Positions 14,044-29,418 of a stretch of 64,000 nucleotides of DNA are shown here, one piece after another. Position numbers and translations under genes: made by a program. The notes below the pieces were generated by a model. It saw only the letters and a list, made by a program, of their open reading frames with translations, was not told where the DNA came from and ran no database searches. Position 1 is the first letter of the stretch, and each line of letters starts with the position of its first letter. Origin of the DNA: Chlorokybus atmophyticus (taxonomy: Eukaryota > Plantae > Mesostigma and Chlorokybus algae); contig RHPI01000560.1 in assembly GCA_009103225.1 (NCBI GenBank), forward strand, positions 107,465 to 171,464, in the 5' to 3' direction.

Positions 14044-14589
14044 TCAGGCGCAGCTGCGCTGATGGAATGCAGCAAGTATATCCAAGCAGCACACTGTCAC
14101 CACTGCAGCCTGTTGAAATGCACATTGCTTCAATTGTTGTTGCATATGACAAACATGCAACAAGCCAACTCAACACTCATCACAATGCTACGCAGTGATA
14201 GATTGTACCTACATGATGACGTCAAGTGCCTACACAACAGGCATGGCACTTAGATAAGCAGTCACTCATGCACAGACGTGCAACTCAGTTGATGCCTTGC
14301 TGCAATTACATTGCTTGTGTACAGGGCAGAGTTCACTCCAGTGTGCAAGACACACTCTACAATGGACATGCCAGGCAACGGGTTACCCATTGCCTGGCAT
14401 GTCCATTGTAAAGTGCATGCTGCAACTCATGCAACGGTTGAGTAACGTGGGTGACACAGTGTGGCATGATGTGCGTCTCTACGAACGCATTGTGACCAGC
14501 ATCCACCAAGACACCCACAGCTACTGACTGATCAGTGCTTTTTGCTCAGGGCTGCAAGGTTGCTGCAGTTTTTTTGCTGACCGCATATC

Positions 14590-14637
14590 GCAATTTGGAC
14601 AGTTGCGGCACTGCACCGAAACAACTGTCCAAATTGC
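14590..14637. repeat. Perfect 16-bp inverted repeat (hairpin) in the Rab6-DPB2 intergenic region
   Basis: GCAATTTGGACAGTTG (14590-14605) and CAACTGTCCAAATTGC (14622-14637) flank a 16-nt loop. Confidence 0.9.
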
Positions 14638-15564
14638 TGTGCAGATTTCTTGCGAGCAACACTGTGAACTAGCGAGTATGCAACCAACTGCTAACGCAAA
14701 TGCCTAACATGTCAAATGCTTTGTTGTATGTGAATACGTCACAGGCGTAAATATCCAAGCACTAGCGCGAATGCGGTTGACTGCTAGCACAAATCGCGAC
14801 ATGTGACTGCTTCTTTGTGTGAGTGAGTCGCAAGGCGTTATATCCAAGCACCAGCGAAAAACCGGCAACCGGCTGCTTCCACACACTGCTGATCTGTGAA
14901 CTATTTTTTGTGTGATGACGTCACAAGGCTTCTACCACCAAGCAAACAAGACCCACTGCCACCGTGACCCTACCGCCCTCACCTCAAGCCCAAGTCAGGG
15001 TCTTGACGCCATGACCCCGGCGCCTATGCCACCACTTGCTACTTGCTTCGCTTCTTGCAACACCAGAATGGTGTTCAGATCAACAGCAGCGTATAGGCAC
15101 ACCGGCAGCTGCACACCCTCCTCCACGTCCGCCTGCACCGCCGCCTCCTCCTTCACCACCGCCAGCCAGACAAACCGATCTAAGGTTAGGGTTGAGTGCG
15201 TTGAAAACAGTCAACTGACCGACAACGGCTAGGCCCCGTGCGATTCACAACTTAACCAGTCATTCGTTGTCAAACCGCATGGACTAAACCTTGATAGGGT
15301 TATATTTTGACCAGATTGGTTACCTAAGCGGCGTTTTGCGTGTTCAGCACAACTGTCGCGTGACGATCGTCACACTGGCTTGTGTAGCTGTGCATCATGC
15401 TTATGCGAGGCATGATGCTGTTGCTTGCTTTCCCGCCTTTTTGCTTGATTCAAGCTAGGGCGGTGGTGTGGGTGTTCTTGTCGTCCTCTGTGGCGGTGAT
15501 TGTGTCACACAGGACCTGTCAGCATTGGACAGGGTTGACATCAAAGTAGCTTTGGCTCATTGCC

Positions 15565-17852
15565 ATGGCGGCGGTGGGTGTGGCCGAGATGCGGCGGGCG
15601 GACAGGGAGCTGCGGAAGCGGGGGATGGCTCTGGCGCCGGAGGCGGTCAAGGAGGTCGCTCGCCATGTCGCTGGTGCCGTCGACCCTGCCGCTGCACTCA
15701 CTCAGGTAAAACTCGTTACCGATGTGGCTTCTTAGCAGGCGCATGCACGCACACGCAGAGCCTAGTCGTGGGTGAACGGTCATGCTACACGTAAGCTCCC
15801 CACACACGCTGCAGCAAGCTGGATTGTACGATTTGCTGCAGGTAGCGGATGCCATCAAGGCGCTTGGGCTGCCGTCGGCGGTGGTACCAGCAGCTGCTGC
15901 AAAGACCGCACTGGCTCAGCTGCGCCCCTCTTACAACAGCAGCGACGGCGGGAGCCACGCGTCCACCAGCGAGCGACTCCGCGTTGTAGATGCCTTCTCA
16001 GCTCCGGCATACCAATTTGATCCCGTTCGCAAGACCTTCAAGCTGTAAGCTTGATTCTGGTTGAGGATTGATGCATATGGGCCGATAGGCAAGCTCAGTC
16101 CTTTTATTGCTCCTTGCATAGGGCTCGGGATGAAAAGGTGTGCATTGGAGACGCGGATGCCAAGATCAAGCTTTACAAAGAGAGGTTTCTACTGCTGCAA
16201 CACCGTGTCCTGCAGAACCCCATGTTTCAGAAGTCAGCGCTGGGCACCGATGACAACTGTTGCGAGGTCAGAGTGCATGCTGTTGTGTTGGTGTTTTGGT
16301 GCGTCGGTATGGTGTGTCGGGTGAGTTCATACGATGCATTTTTAGTGTGTGAGCATTGACGCAATGTAAGTAGCATTGTGTTTACCCACAGTTTTTGTGA
16401 GTATGTTGACCTCACAGAATTGTCCACACTCGTGGCAATGCGCAGCTTACGCCCATCAGCTCCCTGAAGGGTGCGCGCGGCATGAAGTACGTGATGGGTG
16501 CTATTGCACAACTGCGTGATGGTGAGCTCTTCATAGAAGATACGGCAGCTTCCGTGCCGATCGACATTACAGAAGCAATATCCTCTCACACTGGCTACAG
16601 AGCTTTGCATTGTTGATATGTTGCTATTGGATCATATAGCAGTTTGTCCTTGACTGCGATGCACATAGCAACAGCTGGCTTCTTTACGGAGAACACCATA
16701 ATTGTGGCGGAAGGAGAAATGCAAGCCAGCGGCACGTTCAGGATCAGTGCGATGGGCATGCCACCAATGGAGAGCAACAACGAGTTGTCCACCTTTACTT
16801 CTGGGGTTGACCTCTTCGGGGCAGGACTGCTCAAGACCGATGATAGGGTATGTTTCTTGCATCGTTTATGTTGCTGGACCATAATAACCTGATGCACTGG
16901 GGTTGATTGAGATTTTGAAGCTACTCATGTTTTCATTGTCGCTGACGAGGCGGTACTGCAAGCAACTCGCAAATGATGGCTGCTCATGCAGGCGCGCTTG
17001 CAAGACCTGGAGCAGGTGCACAACGACATGTTCGTCCTCTTGTCTGATGTGTGCATTGAGCAGCCTCAAGTTATGAGCCGAATAGAACAAATCCTTGACG
17101 GGTATGAGTTACTTGACGAGGTCCCAGCCTTGTTTGTATTCATGGGCAACTTCAGCTCAGAGGCTCCATCCCTGGCGCATCACAACGCAAAGGTGCTGCG
17201 AGAGCGCTTCACTGAACTCGGTCGCATGATTCGAGAACACGCAAATATTCATCGCAATAGCACTTTCTTGTTCATCCCTGGCCCAGGAGATCCTGGCCCT
17301 GCCAATGTTCTTCCACGCCCGGCCCTTCCTTCAACACTAACAAAAGGCCTGCGAGAGCTTGTACCGACAGCCATTTTTGCAAGTAACCCATGCCGTGTAC
17401 GCCACTATGCACAGGTGAGCCTGTAAAGTTGTCTTTATGCATCTAGGCAAGGTCTACCTTGTCAACAGCCAATTTGGTAACCACTCGTGGTGCTTGGTCA
17501 GGACATGGTGTTTTTCCGCGAGGATCTTATGCACAAGACGAGGAAGCTGTGCGTGCTTCCACCCAGTACCCATGAGACAGTCGAACCGTTTGAGCACCTC
17601 GTGTCAACTCTTCTCCGACAGTCCCACCTCTGCCCGCTTCCGCTACACTTGCAGCCAGTGTACTGGAGCTATGACCATGCGTTGCGGCTATACCCGGTAC
17701 CTGACCTACTGGTTTTGGGCAATCGCACCGAGCAGAAAGACACGAGCATGTCGGATTGCTGCGCTGTCAACCCTGGATCGTTCTCTGTGGATGGTACCTT
17801 TGTTGTGTACAGACCATCTACACGAGAAGTGGAGTGCTCTGCTGTGGAGTAG
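15565..17852 (+). CDS. DPB2: DNA polymerase epsilon subunit B
   Basis: ATG at 15565. Conserved blocks: VVDAF, KIKLYKERFLLLQHRVLQN, AGFFTENTIIVAEGE, FVLLSDV, LFVFMGNF, FLFIPGPGDPG, ILPRP-like VLPRPALP, FASNPCRVRHY, VFFREDL, HLCPLPL...PVYWSYDHALRLYPVPDLLVLG, NPGSF. Stop at 17852. Confidence 0.96.
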
Positions 17853-18169
17853 TGCGAGTTGCAATGGCTAGAAACAAACACAAGGTAATTGATGTGAAGA
17901 GTGTCCACCTACCTCCAAAGCCATCAATTTCGTGTGCAAAGCGCAGACAACGAGCACTTTGTTTGCTGCGTGTATGTGGGGGTAGACTTGCTGAATGACA
18001 GGGCACAGAGTCAACAATGGTGACTCTGTGCCCTGTCGTTGTTGTGCATAAAGAGAAGATTGCTCGTGGTGAGCAAGCAACTGCCCCATCAGCAACGTGC
18101 TCTTTTCTCGTCAAAAACAGAATGTACAAAGCAGCTCAACTGATAACGTCGGGCCAGCCCACTGCAGTC

Positions 18170-21862
<3,693 letters not shown>

Positions 21863-23071
21863 GGCGCGGCGGCGGTGGCGGAGGCCTGGCGACGCTGCTA
21901 CGCGCAGTCAATTGTGGTAGAGAGTCTGTCACGGTCACGTGACGAGAGGGAATGGCAGCGAGCGCCGAGCGAGTCACCGTCATTTAGTTACCAGTGACAA
22001 GCAATTCCCGTGCACGGAGTTTATTTTCATAAAGTTGAGGATGATGTTTCTTGCACATGTTATCTATCCCGTGGTGGTCACCCGGTCCCCCGGACATGGA
22101 TTATGCATACGCATCCACTCACAACTTATTATCTGGTGGCAGTTTAAAGTGCATACCCACTATGCCAGCGACACATTGACTAACGATCAAAGCTCAAAAT
22201 GCATGATGGTGATTGATGTGATGGTAGTTACAATGCAATTGGAAAACAACATATGCTAAAAGTATAATGCGTATGTTATAAAACCCATAGGGTTGCATTC
22301 TCACGATGACAGCGCCGATATGTCTGACGAACATAGTTGAGAATGAATGCCAACAATGTTGGTGTCTATATTAGCAACATGTTGGCAAAAATAAAGAACG
22401 GTGATTTGATTTGCACAACTTCCTTTTAAAAAGTCATCACATGCCAACGATTATTAAACGGTAGTGAAGCATAAAATATTGTCATGTTTCATTTTATTAC
22501 TTCATGAGTGCTTTTAAACATCGGTACATATCGGGCTTTGGGCATGTTCAATGCGTTTCATGACAACCTTTTATACGTATCGGCATATATATATATATAT
22601 ATGGCACATTTATTATAATGTATTATAATCATTATCGTGCCACAACAATAACACAAAATATTTAACAATTTATACGAATAAAACCCCCCTTTACGACTAT
22701 TAACTTATGTGATGTGGAATTGTGTATAAATACACGGCTTATTTGCTATGGATCATGATTTATAGCATGTCGGACTTTTTCTGTTAACATTCACCATTGC
22801 TTTGGCCGGCTATATGAATTGATTCTCTTATATCTTGTACCATACATGGTTATTACACTAGTCGAAATCAACACGGACGTATTGATGTGCATTGTGAATA
22901 CACACGGTATAATGAGCTGTATCGATATTTAAAATTTAATTAAGTCTAATATGAAAACAATACTGTCGTTATCAATAATGCATAACATTTTATTACATGA
23001 TTACCAACCGCTGATAATGTTCTATAATGATAATAATATATCGATGCAACCATAATTATATATAATATCGA

Positions 23072-23653
23072 TGTCACGTACAAAGGACTGTCTGAAGTCA
23101 CTCTGAGTTCCTTACTCATGTGGTAAGTACGAAGGACTATATAGATTTGGTATAGTCATGGTTCCATGACTACACCGGTGTATGTAGCACCTGGCATATG
23201 TGCTCATGAAGTCAGTTCTTATGCACTTAATGCATAAGGAGCTAACTTGTATGTAAGGCACTTTCTACCAGTAAGTACAAGACTGGCCCGTGTCAAGCGC
23301 AGAGTCGCTGAGGCACCAAGTATGTTGCCTATGTTTGATGTTCAAGGGTGGACAAAGTCAGCATGTGCTGACAGGTCAGCGCATGGGTGGTGAGGCCTTG
23401 TCGGCGTTGGACTTTTCATGTGCCAAGTGGGAGAGCAGCGGGTAGTGAGGAGTTACTGGCCTTGCAGGAGGGAGGAGTTACTGGCCTTGCAAGACTACCT
23501 GTGTGTGGGGTGCCTGGCTGAAGCTGCTCAAGGGGCTCTGCCCATCAACACCCTTGAGGGTTGTTGCTGGTTGCAAAGTGTATTGTGGAGTTCATCTGCT
23601 TTTGCAAAAATGTTTGACCCTCACGGGCAAGTAGGTGAGAGGTTAACACGATA
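23072..23653. mobile_element. Probable solo LTR (582 bp) inserted in AT-rich DNA
   Basis: GC-richer block starting TGTCACG and ending CACGATA (CA to TA transition), flanked by a candidate 5-bp TSD ATCGA (23067-23071 and 23654-23658). Contains several local hairpins and a 20-bp direct repeat (23447-23466, 23472-23491). Confidence 0.55.
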
Positions 23654-24639
23654 ATCGAAGAGTATATCGAAGAATGGTCGATATGAGTATTTATTTATTA
23701 ATGTAATATGTTTATTTATTTATTCGTGTATTGTATCTAACATTGTTACATTCACATTTTTCACCGTTGTCATAGCCGTGTGACATAAATTCTATATCAA
23801 TAGTACTTACTAACTGAGAATTCAGGTACAATTTATGGCATAAAAGTTTTACATTCATAATGTACTTTGTATAATGTTAGAGGTTGGCCTTAGGCGCCAT
23901 GCCTCTTAGTGACAACTTGCAAGCGAATGCAACCAAGCACTAGCATACACATGGGCATACACCAACAGTCATACGGCAAGCTATGTAAGGCACCACCATT
24001 AAGTCTGCAGTAGAAGCGTGACAGCTGGGGACACAGTGGAGAGTTAAGTCCTTTCTTTAAGAGCAGGCTCTTAAAGACACATGTCATACGCGCGCGTGTC
24101 GGTGGCGCATTGCATCGGTTATGAAGGCTTTTGGGGTTACATTTCATGAGTTAGGGCTGAGTTACGGTTAGCACATCAAGGTGTAACTCAATCACGCTGG
24201 TAGGCATCCCGTGTAATTGATTTGGGAGTTGTATGGTAGTCATGGCGGTTAAAGTGATTAAAATGATTGCAGAGACATCATGTCTCCGTAATGGTCGGAG
24301 GGGATGTTGGTGTCCTTGATTTGTGTTGCAGCTAGTTGAGCGCAAGTCCCTTATTCTATTAAGAGTATACAACCACTTAGAGGCTTTTAGACTTGGTTGG
24401 TCGTTGCCTTGGTGGTATGCTTGCCTCGAGTGTGCACGTGCTTGGATATGCTTGTGTGAAGTGTATGAATGTGTGCGACACCTTGTGAACGGACTTAGCC
24501 TCATCTCCCTGTGCATCACATGCCAATTGCAAGTGTAGCAGCCCGTGCTGGAGTGTAGGTTGGCTAAGAGACACGCTTGTTACTTGCGCTCCACTTATTG
24601 GCATAAAGGTGTGCGGGTGTTTGTGGTTGCAGAGGACGT

Positions 24640-27290
24640 AAATGTGAATGCCCGTGGAGAGTTTAAAACAAGGTAAAGAGCTGGTCTGAAGGAGCTTGTC
24701 CCCTTGGAGGAGAAAGAAGAGTTGCTCGAGATGGAGGTGCCTACTTCTGCGAGCGATAGAGACTTCGAGCCAGCGGAGACGACAAGCCAGCCAGTGACAA
24801 GGAAGACCATGAGGACGTTGAAGGAGAGGACCCAGATCTGATGGACACTTTGTTGAAGACGGAGATGGAGGGAGCTTGCACGCGTTTCAGAGGTTGGCCC
24901 GGCACATTGACACTACAAGACTTCAAGGATAGGTTTGAGTGTCGCATGATCAGCTGATCGCCACGTGACAAGTCATCAACGAGCACAAAGCATTCAAGAT
25001 GATGCCCGAGTTTTTGGAGGATGAAGCTTTGGGCACGTGGAAAGAGTTCAAGAGGAAGTTGGAGACACGAGAGGAGGTGTGTAAGGCTGATCATGGAGTT
25101 GAGTTTGAGCAGAAGGAGTGGGCGAAGGTGCAGCCCGTGAAGGATTTCATGGTGGTGTTGACGTCGACATATCCGCAATCGACGCTGGCAAAGATGATGG
25201 AGCTTATGTACTTCCGTTGAGTCAAGTGCAAGGATGGTGAGACCCCTCACATGATGTACACGAGGATGGTGAAGTTGTTGAAGGACACGGAGCATGAGGT
25301 TGTGTTTAACAAGATGGCGGCGGTGTTGTACTTGCGTTGAAGGATGACTTGAGGGAGGCGGTGCAAACCGTGTTGAGAGGAGCACATCAAGGCGCAAGCT
25401 ACACGCTTCGTGACGTCTTCGTTGCAGCCGAGAACGCTCAGTGGCAGCAAGAGTATGAGAAGAGCATTGGCTTGATAGCGGAGGGCATGGCGACGCAGCT
25501 GTCGGCAGCTACCAGCGCACAAATGCTGGTCGGCGCGATGGAGGACAAGCTATAGTCACCAAATCAGCCCCGGTGAGTGTGATGGTTGCAAACGGTGTTG
25601 CCATGAGTGCACGGCATGAGGAGCAGCAAATGGGAGTGTGTTGGAGGTGTGGAGAGGCGGGTCACATAGCAAAGTACTGTCCGAAGAGGCAAGGCCTTGT
25701 GTGTTCGTATTGTGGGAAGGCCGGCCACGATGACAACGCGTGTTGGGGCAAGCATCCGCACTTGCGCGCGGAGGTGCTGAGCGGCAAGACGGTGACCAAG
25801 CAAGCACATTCAGCTCAGGCGGGAAGCTCACATAGCCATGCGGAGCTGGCGTGTGCAAGTGAGGTGTCCGCGCTCGTTGCCGAGGTGGCCGAATTGAAGG
25901 CGGCGCTAGCCGGGCTGCGCACGCAGCCGGAAGGCAAGCAAAAGGGTGTCCGATAGAAGAAGGATGATGAGGATGGAGGTGTGTACGCGTACTTGGTGAA
26001 TAGCGCGGCGTTGTGCAGCCCGCTGACGGCTATGGCAGCTATGGGCACTGCGCGCGCTGCACCAGCACCTACGGGGCGGCGGTATCACCCTACACGCGAT
26101 GCAAGGGGGTCTGCGTTGCAGCCTCGGAGGTTTGTAATGTTGCTGGGAGTCATAAGGAACTGTTTGCACCAGCTGCTGCACGTCTACGCACGACATCGGC
26201 ACATGTGACGGCGACGGCGGAAGGCCATGCGCCTGAGCCAGCTACGGAGGTGTTGGCGACATCGGCGTTGCCTTTGGTGAAGAGGTTCTTAAGGGTGGAG
26301 CGGCATGAAGGCATGCATATTGATGTGAAGAACAAGAGAATGAGGTGAAGGTGCAGTCCGCGAAGGGTTTGGCAATGTTGTTGGTGGCGGGGAGTGCACA
26401 AGTCAGCCTTACATGTGCGCGTGGCATTAAGGTGCCAACGAAGGTACATGCAGATGCGATTGCAGTCCAGGAGCTGGCAGGAACGCTTCTCCATCAGCGC
26501 ATGTTGACGCTGAAGGATGTTGGCTGCACTTTGGAGCGTATGGAGTGCGTGTTGGGGTAGATGTTGTAGCCCGCGACAGCCGACACAGCTACGCAAGTCA
26601 CTTCTGAATTGCGAGGCAAAGGTGAAGAGTGAGGAGGAGTTTGGGGCAGTCGTTTATGAAGGAAAGAAGCTTCATAATGTGGCGGACGGTGAGCAAGAGC
26701 TGGAGGTGGATGTGCCCATTGTGGAGGTCGCAAACGGCATGCACGGAGGTGATGGAAGAGCTGGTGCAGCTGGACTTGTCGGCGGCGTTGTCGAGACCGG
26801 ATGCGCGGCTTCATGTTGTTGCAACGGTGCAACGATAGACAACAAGCATGGTCATGTGCGACAGAACGGGTACACACCAAAGCGCGTGCTCGTGGATACA
26901 TGTGCGCAACCGGTGATACTTGGAGCGAGAGCGGCGGCGCGTATTGAGTTGCAGCCAAAGGACTGGAGGCCATGTCCGTGGCATCTCAAGACAGCTGGAG
27001 AAGGGGTTGAGGTCGTGTTTGTTGTTATATTGGAGCCCGTACGGATCTAGTTGACTGCATATAGTGGAGGGCAAACCAATCCTAATGTTCATGTCTTATC
27101 ACCGAGGGGGGGAGCTATGATGTACTATTAGGGTAGGAGTTCTTGTATCCGGTGGGAGGGGGAGTGGACAAGTGGTTGGAGCATGGCTTTTTCAGACCAG
27201 GACGGAAGCATGGTGATAGGGAGATGGCGTTCCTACCGTTGCGAGTGAGAGCGGTTGAGGAGGCTCAAAGCGAGGAGGCGGACGGATGCG
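24640..27290 (+). pseudogene. Decayed Ty3/Gypsy-type gag-protease remnant (no RT or integrase seen)
   Basis: Two CX2CX4HX4C knuckles, CWRCGEAGHIAKYC (25639-25680) and CSYCGKAGHDDNAC (25702-25743). Retropepsin halves VLVDTCAQPVILG (~26886) and YDVLLG*EFLYPVG (~27116). Many stops and frameshifts. Confidence 0.75.
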
Positions 27291-29418
27291 ATAATGCGTG
27301 TGGGTGAAGGCGAGTGAGGAGGTCAGCTGGCATTCTCGGGATGTGAACGGGGGTATGATGCGCGTTTGTTCTGAGTGTCGTATCACGTGTATGAGTATGT
27401 GCACTAGTAAGGCAGCTGCGGGAGGATCCAGAGCTAGCATATATGCATGAGGGAAGCTACAACATGTGAAAGTGAAGAAAGTTGCAGCATCGTGAGGCCA
27501 TAACAATCTCGTGGACGACATCCTCCAGCAATGACGGGATGTGGCACGAAACACACCCGTGCAAAAGGCTGTCCTCGATTCGACGGAGGAGGAGTCCTCT
27601 TCTCGCACCACTCTTCACACAATCATAGTCCTCAGCACAGCGTACTGCCTACTCAACATAGAGGGGGAAGGCCCCTTTAACAGCTATCGTTAAGCACCCT
27701 TTACACAGTAGTGGGTATAAAGATCCCTACACAAATGATGTCTAGTAACAGCATCCTCTTTATATACCCATATCTGCTGCCTTCTATGGCAGACATGTGG
27801 CCAAGTGGCACTTGGCCTTATGTTAGCAGATGAACACCACATCAATCAGCTGGCTAAGTGCCGTTATTATGCATATGTGCAATGAAGTTGATCATCAATC
27901 AGCACGTGTGGCACACGTGCTGACCTCGGCCACATGCCCCTCTGCCACCTTAGGCTGTAGAACTACTGGTCAAGACATCATTTGACTTCTTGCAGTGCTT
28001 GCTTGCCATAGCACAGCACCCTTACGCAGATGATAGCAACGCGCAGTTGTCCTCATGAGGCAATATAATACACGTCACATCAAATGACATGCGTACCAAT
28101 CAGCCATGTGCTTGCTACAACTCAGTACTTGTATAGTCTTTTTCTTTATTTTGGGTACAATCCCTTGCCTATGGCGCTTAAGCTCGGGGGCTGGTTGCAA
28201 ACCGTAATCCATGTGCATTGTACACACACGGAAGGAGCAGACATCTGCAAACCTACTGTTAAGCCATACTTTGACAGGCAGTATCAAAAACGAGTCCAGT
28301 TGAAAGCTTTGCCTTTGAAAGCCTTGCCTATGGAGCGCGACATTATATGTTAAGTATTGTCACAGTGTGCTTGCAGAGATCTGATCTGAAACCTAACATT
28401 GCAAGACAGTTGACGTATCATATACCATATAAAACGCTTTGGAATTGCAATAAAACACTTGCTGTAAAAAGTCGTAATCATTTTTAGTAGTCTAGTTTTA
28501 TGTCCGCCAATAAGTCACACATGACGAAGCCATACCCCTAAAATCTTGAAAAAGACGCCACTTTTACATTTGCATGCAGCATTTTTAATATGCAGCACCT
28601 CTTCACTGTACGGAGTGTGTCTAGCCGTACTCTCCCACCAGTAGAACCGTAGCACCGCCAATGGCGGTGTCCGCCACTGCTTTACGGCATACACCTGTAC
28701 CCTAAAAGTCGCTAGCCAGATGATGCAACGGTCAATGAGTGCGCTGTGGCCTTTGCTTTTGCACATTGACCGAACAGCTGCCAATTTGTTCTGCCGGGGT
28801 GCGCTTGTTCACGAAAGCCTGCATGCCGATTGCTCGACCACATTTGTCCGGTGAGCAGCTTGCACTCATGCTCTTCCTCGATCTCATCATCGAACCCAGA
28901 CGACACCCTGACCCCTGGTTTCACCCGTTCATGGAAAAGATATGGCCTGCGAGGAAATCAAGATCAAAGGCCGCCAGCAGCAGTGCTGACCGCCAACAAG
29001 TTAGTGAGCCCGCTGAAAAACATATCCACACATGAACTTGTCGTGCGAGCTGCGAGGCTCTGCTGGTATGCATGTATGGAGCCGCGGTCAAGCACCAGCG
29101 CGACGTGGCGCATAGCCTATCATGCAACGGCTAATATCTGTCAACTCAAGCGAGTCCTTCGAGCTTGACATCAGCAGTAGAAGCGATAGCGTTTCTAGAC
29201 TCATGCGCTGATATCAACGGTGTGACTGCATGCGCCACGCAAGCACGCGGGACACCCCTTGGCGCGCGTAACGCGTTACGACACTTCTAGACGTGGCCGC
29301 CGGTGCGCTCGCCTTGGAGCGTAACGGCCGCGGGGATGACGTATTCCATGGTCCAGCAGATACGCGGTATATAGTCTTCTCTTTGCCATGAGCCTTAGCG
29401 TTGGCGAGGGTGTTGCGG

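Noticed and set aside
28500-29200. Short ORFs and a CACCGCCA/TGGCGGTG hairpin upstream of the sigma factor
   Set aside because: No family motif, and the hairpin lacks a correctly placed CTRR for a Helitron end.
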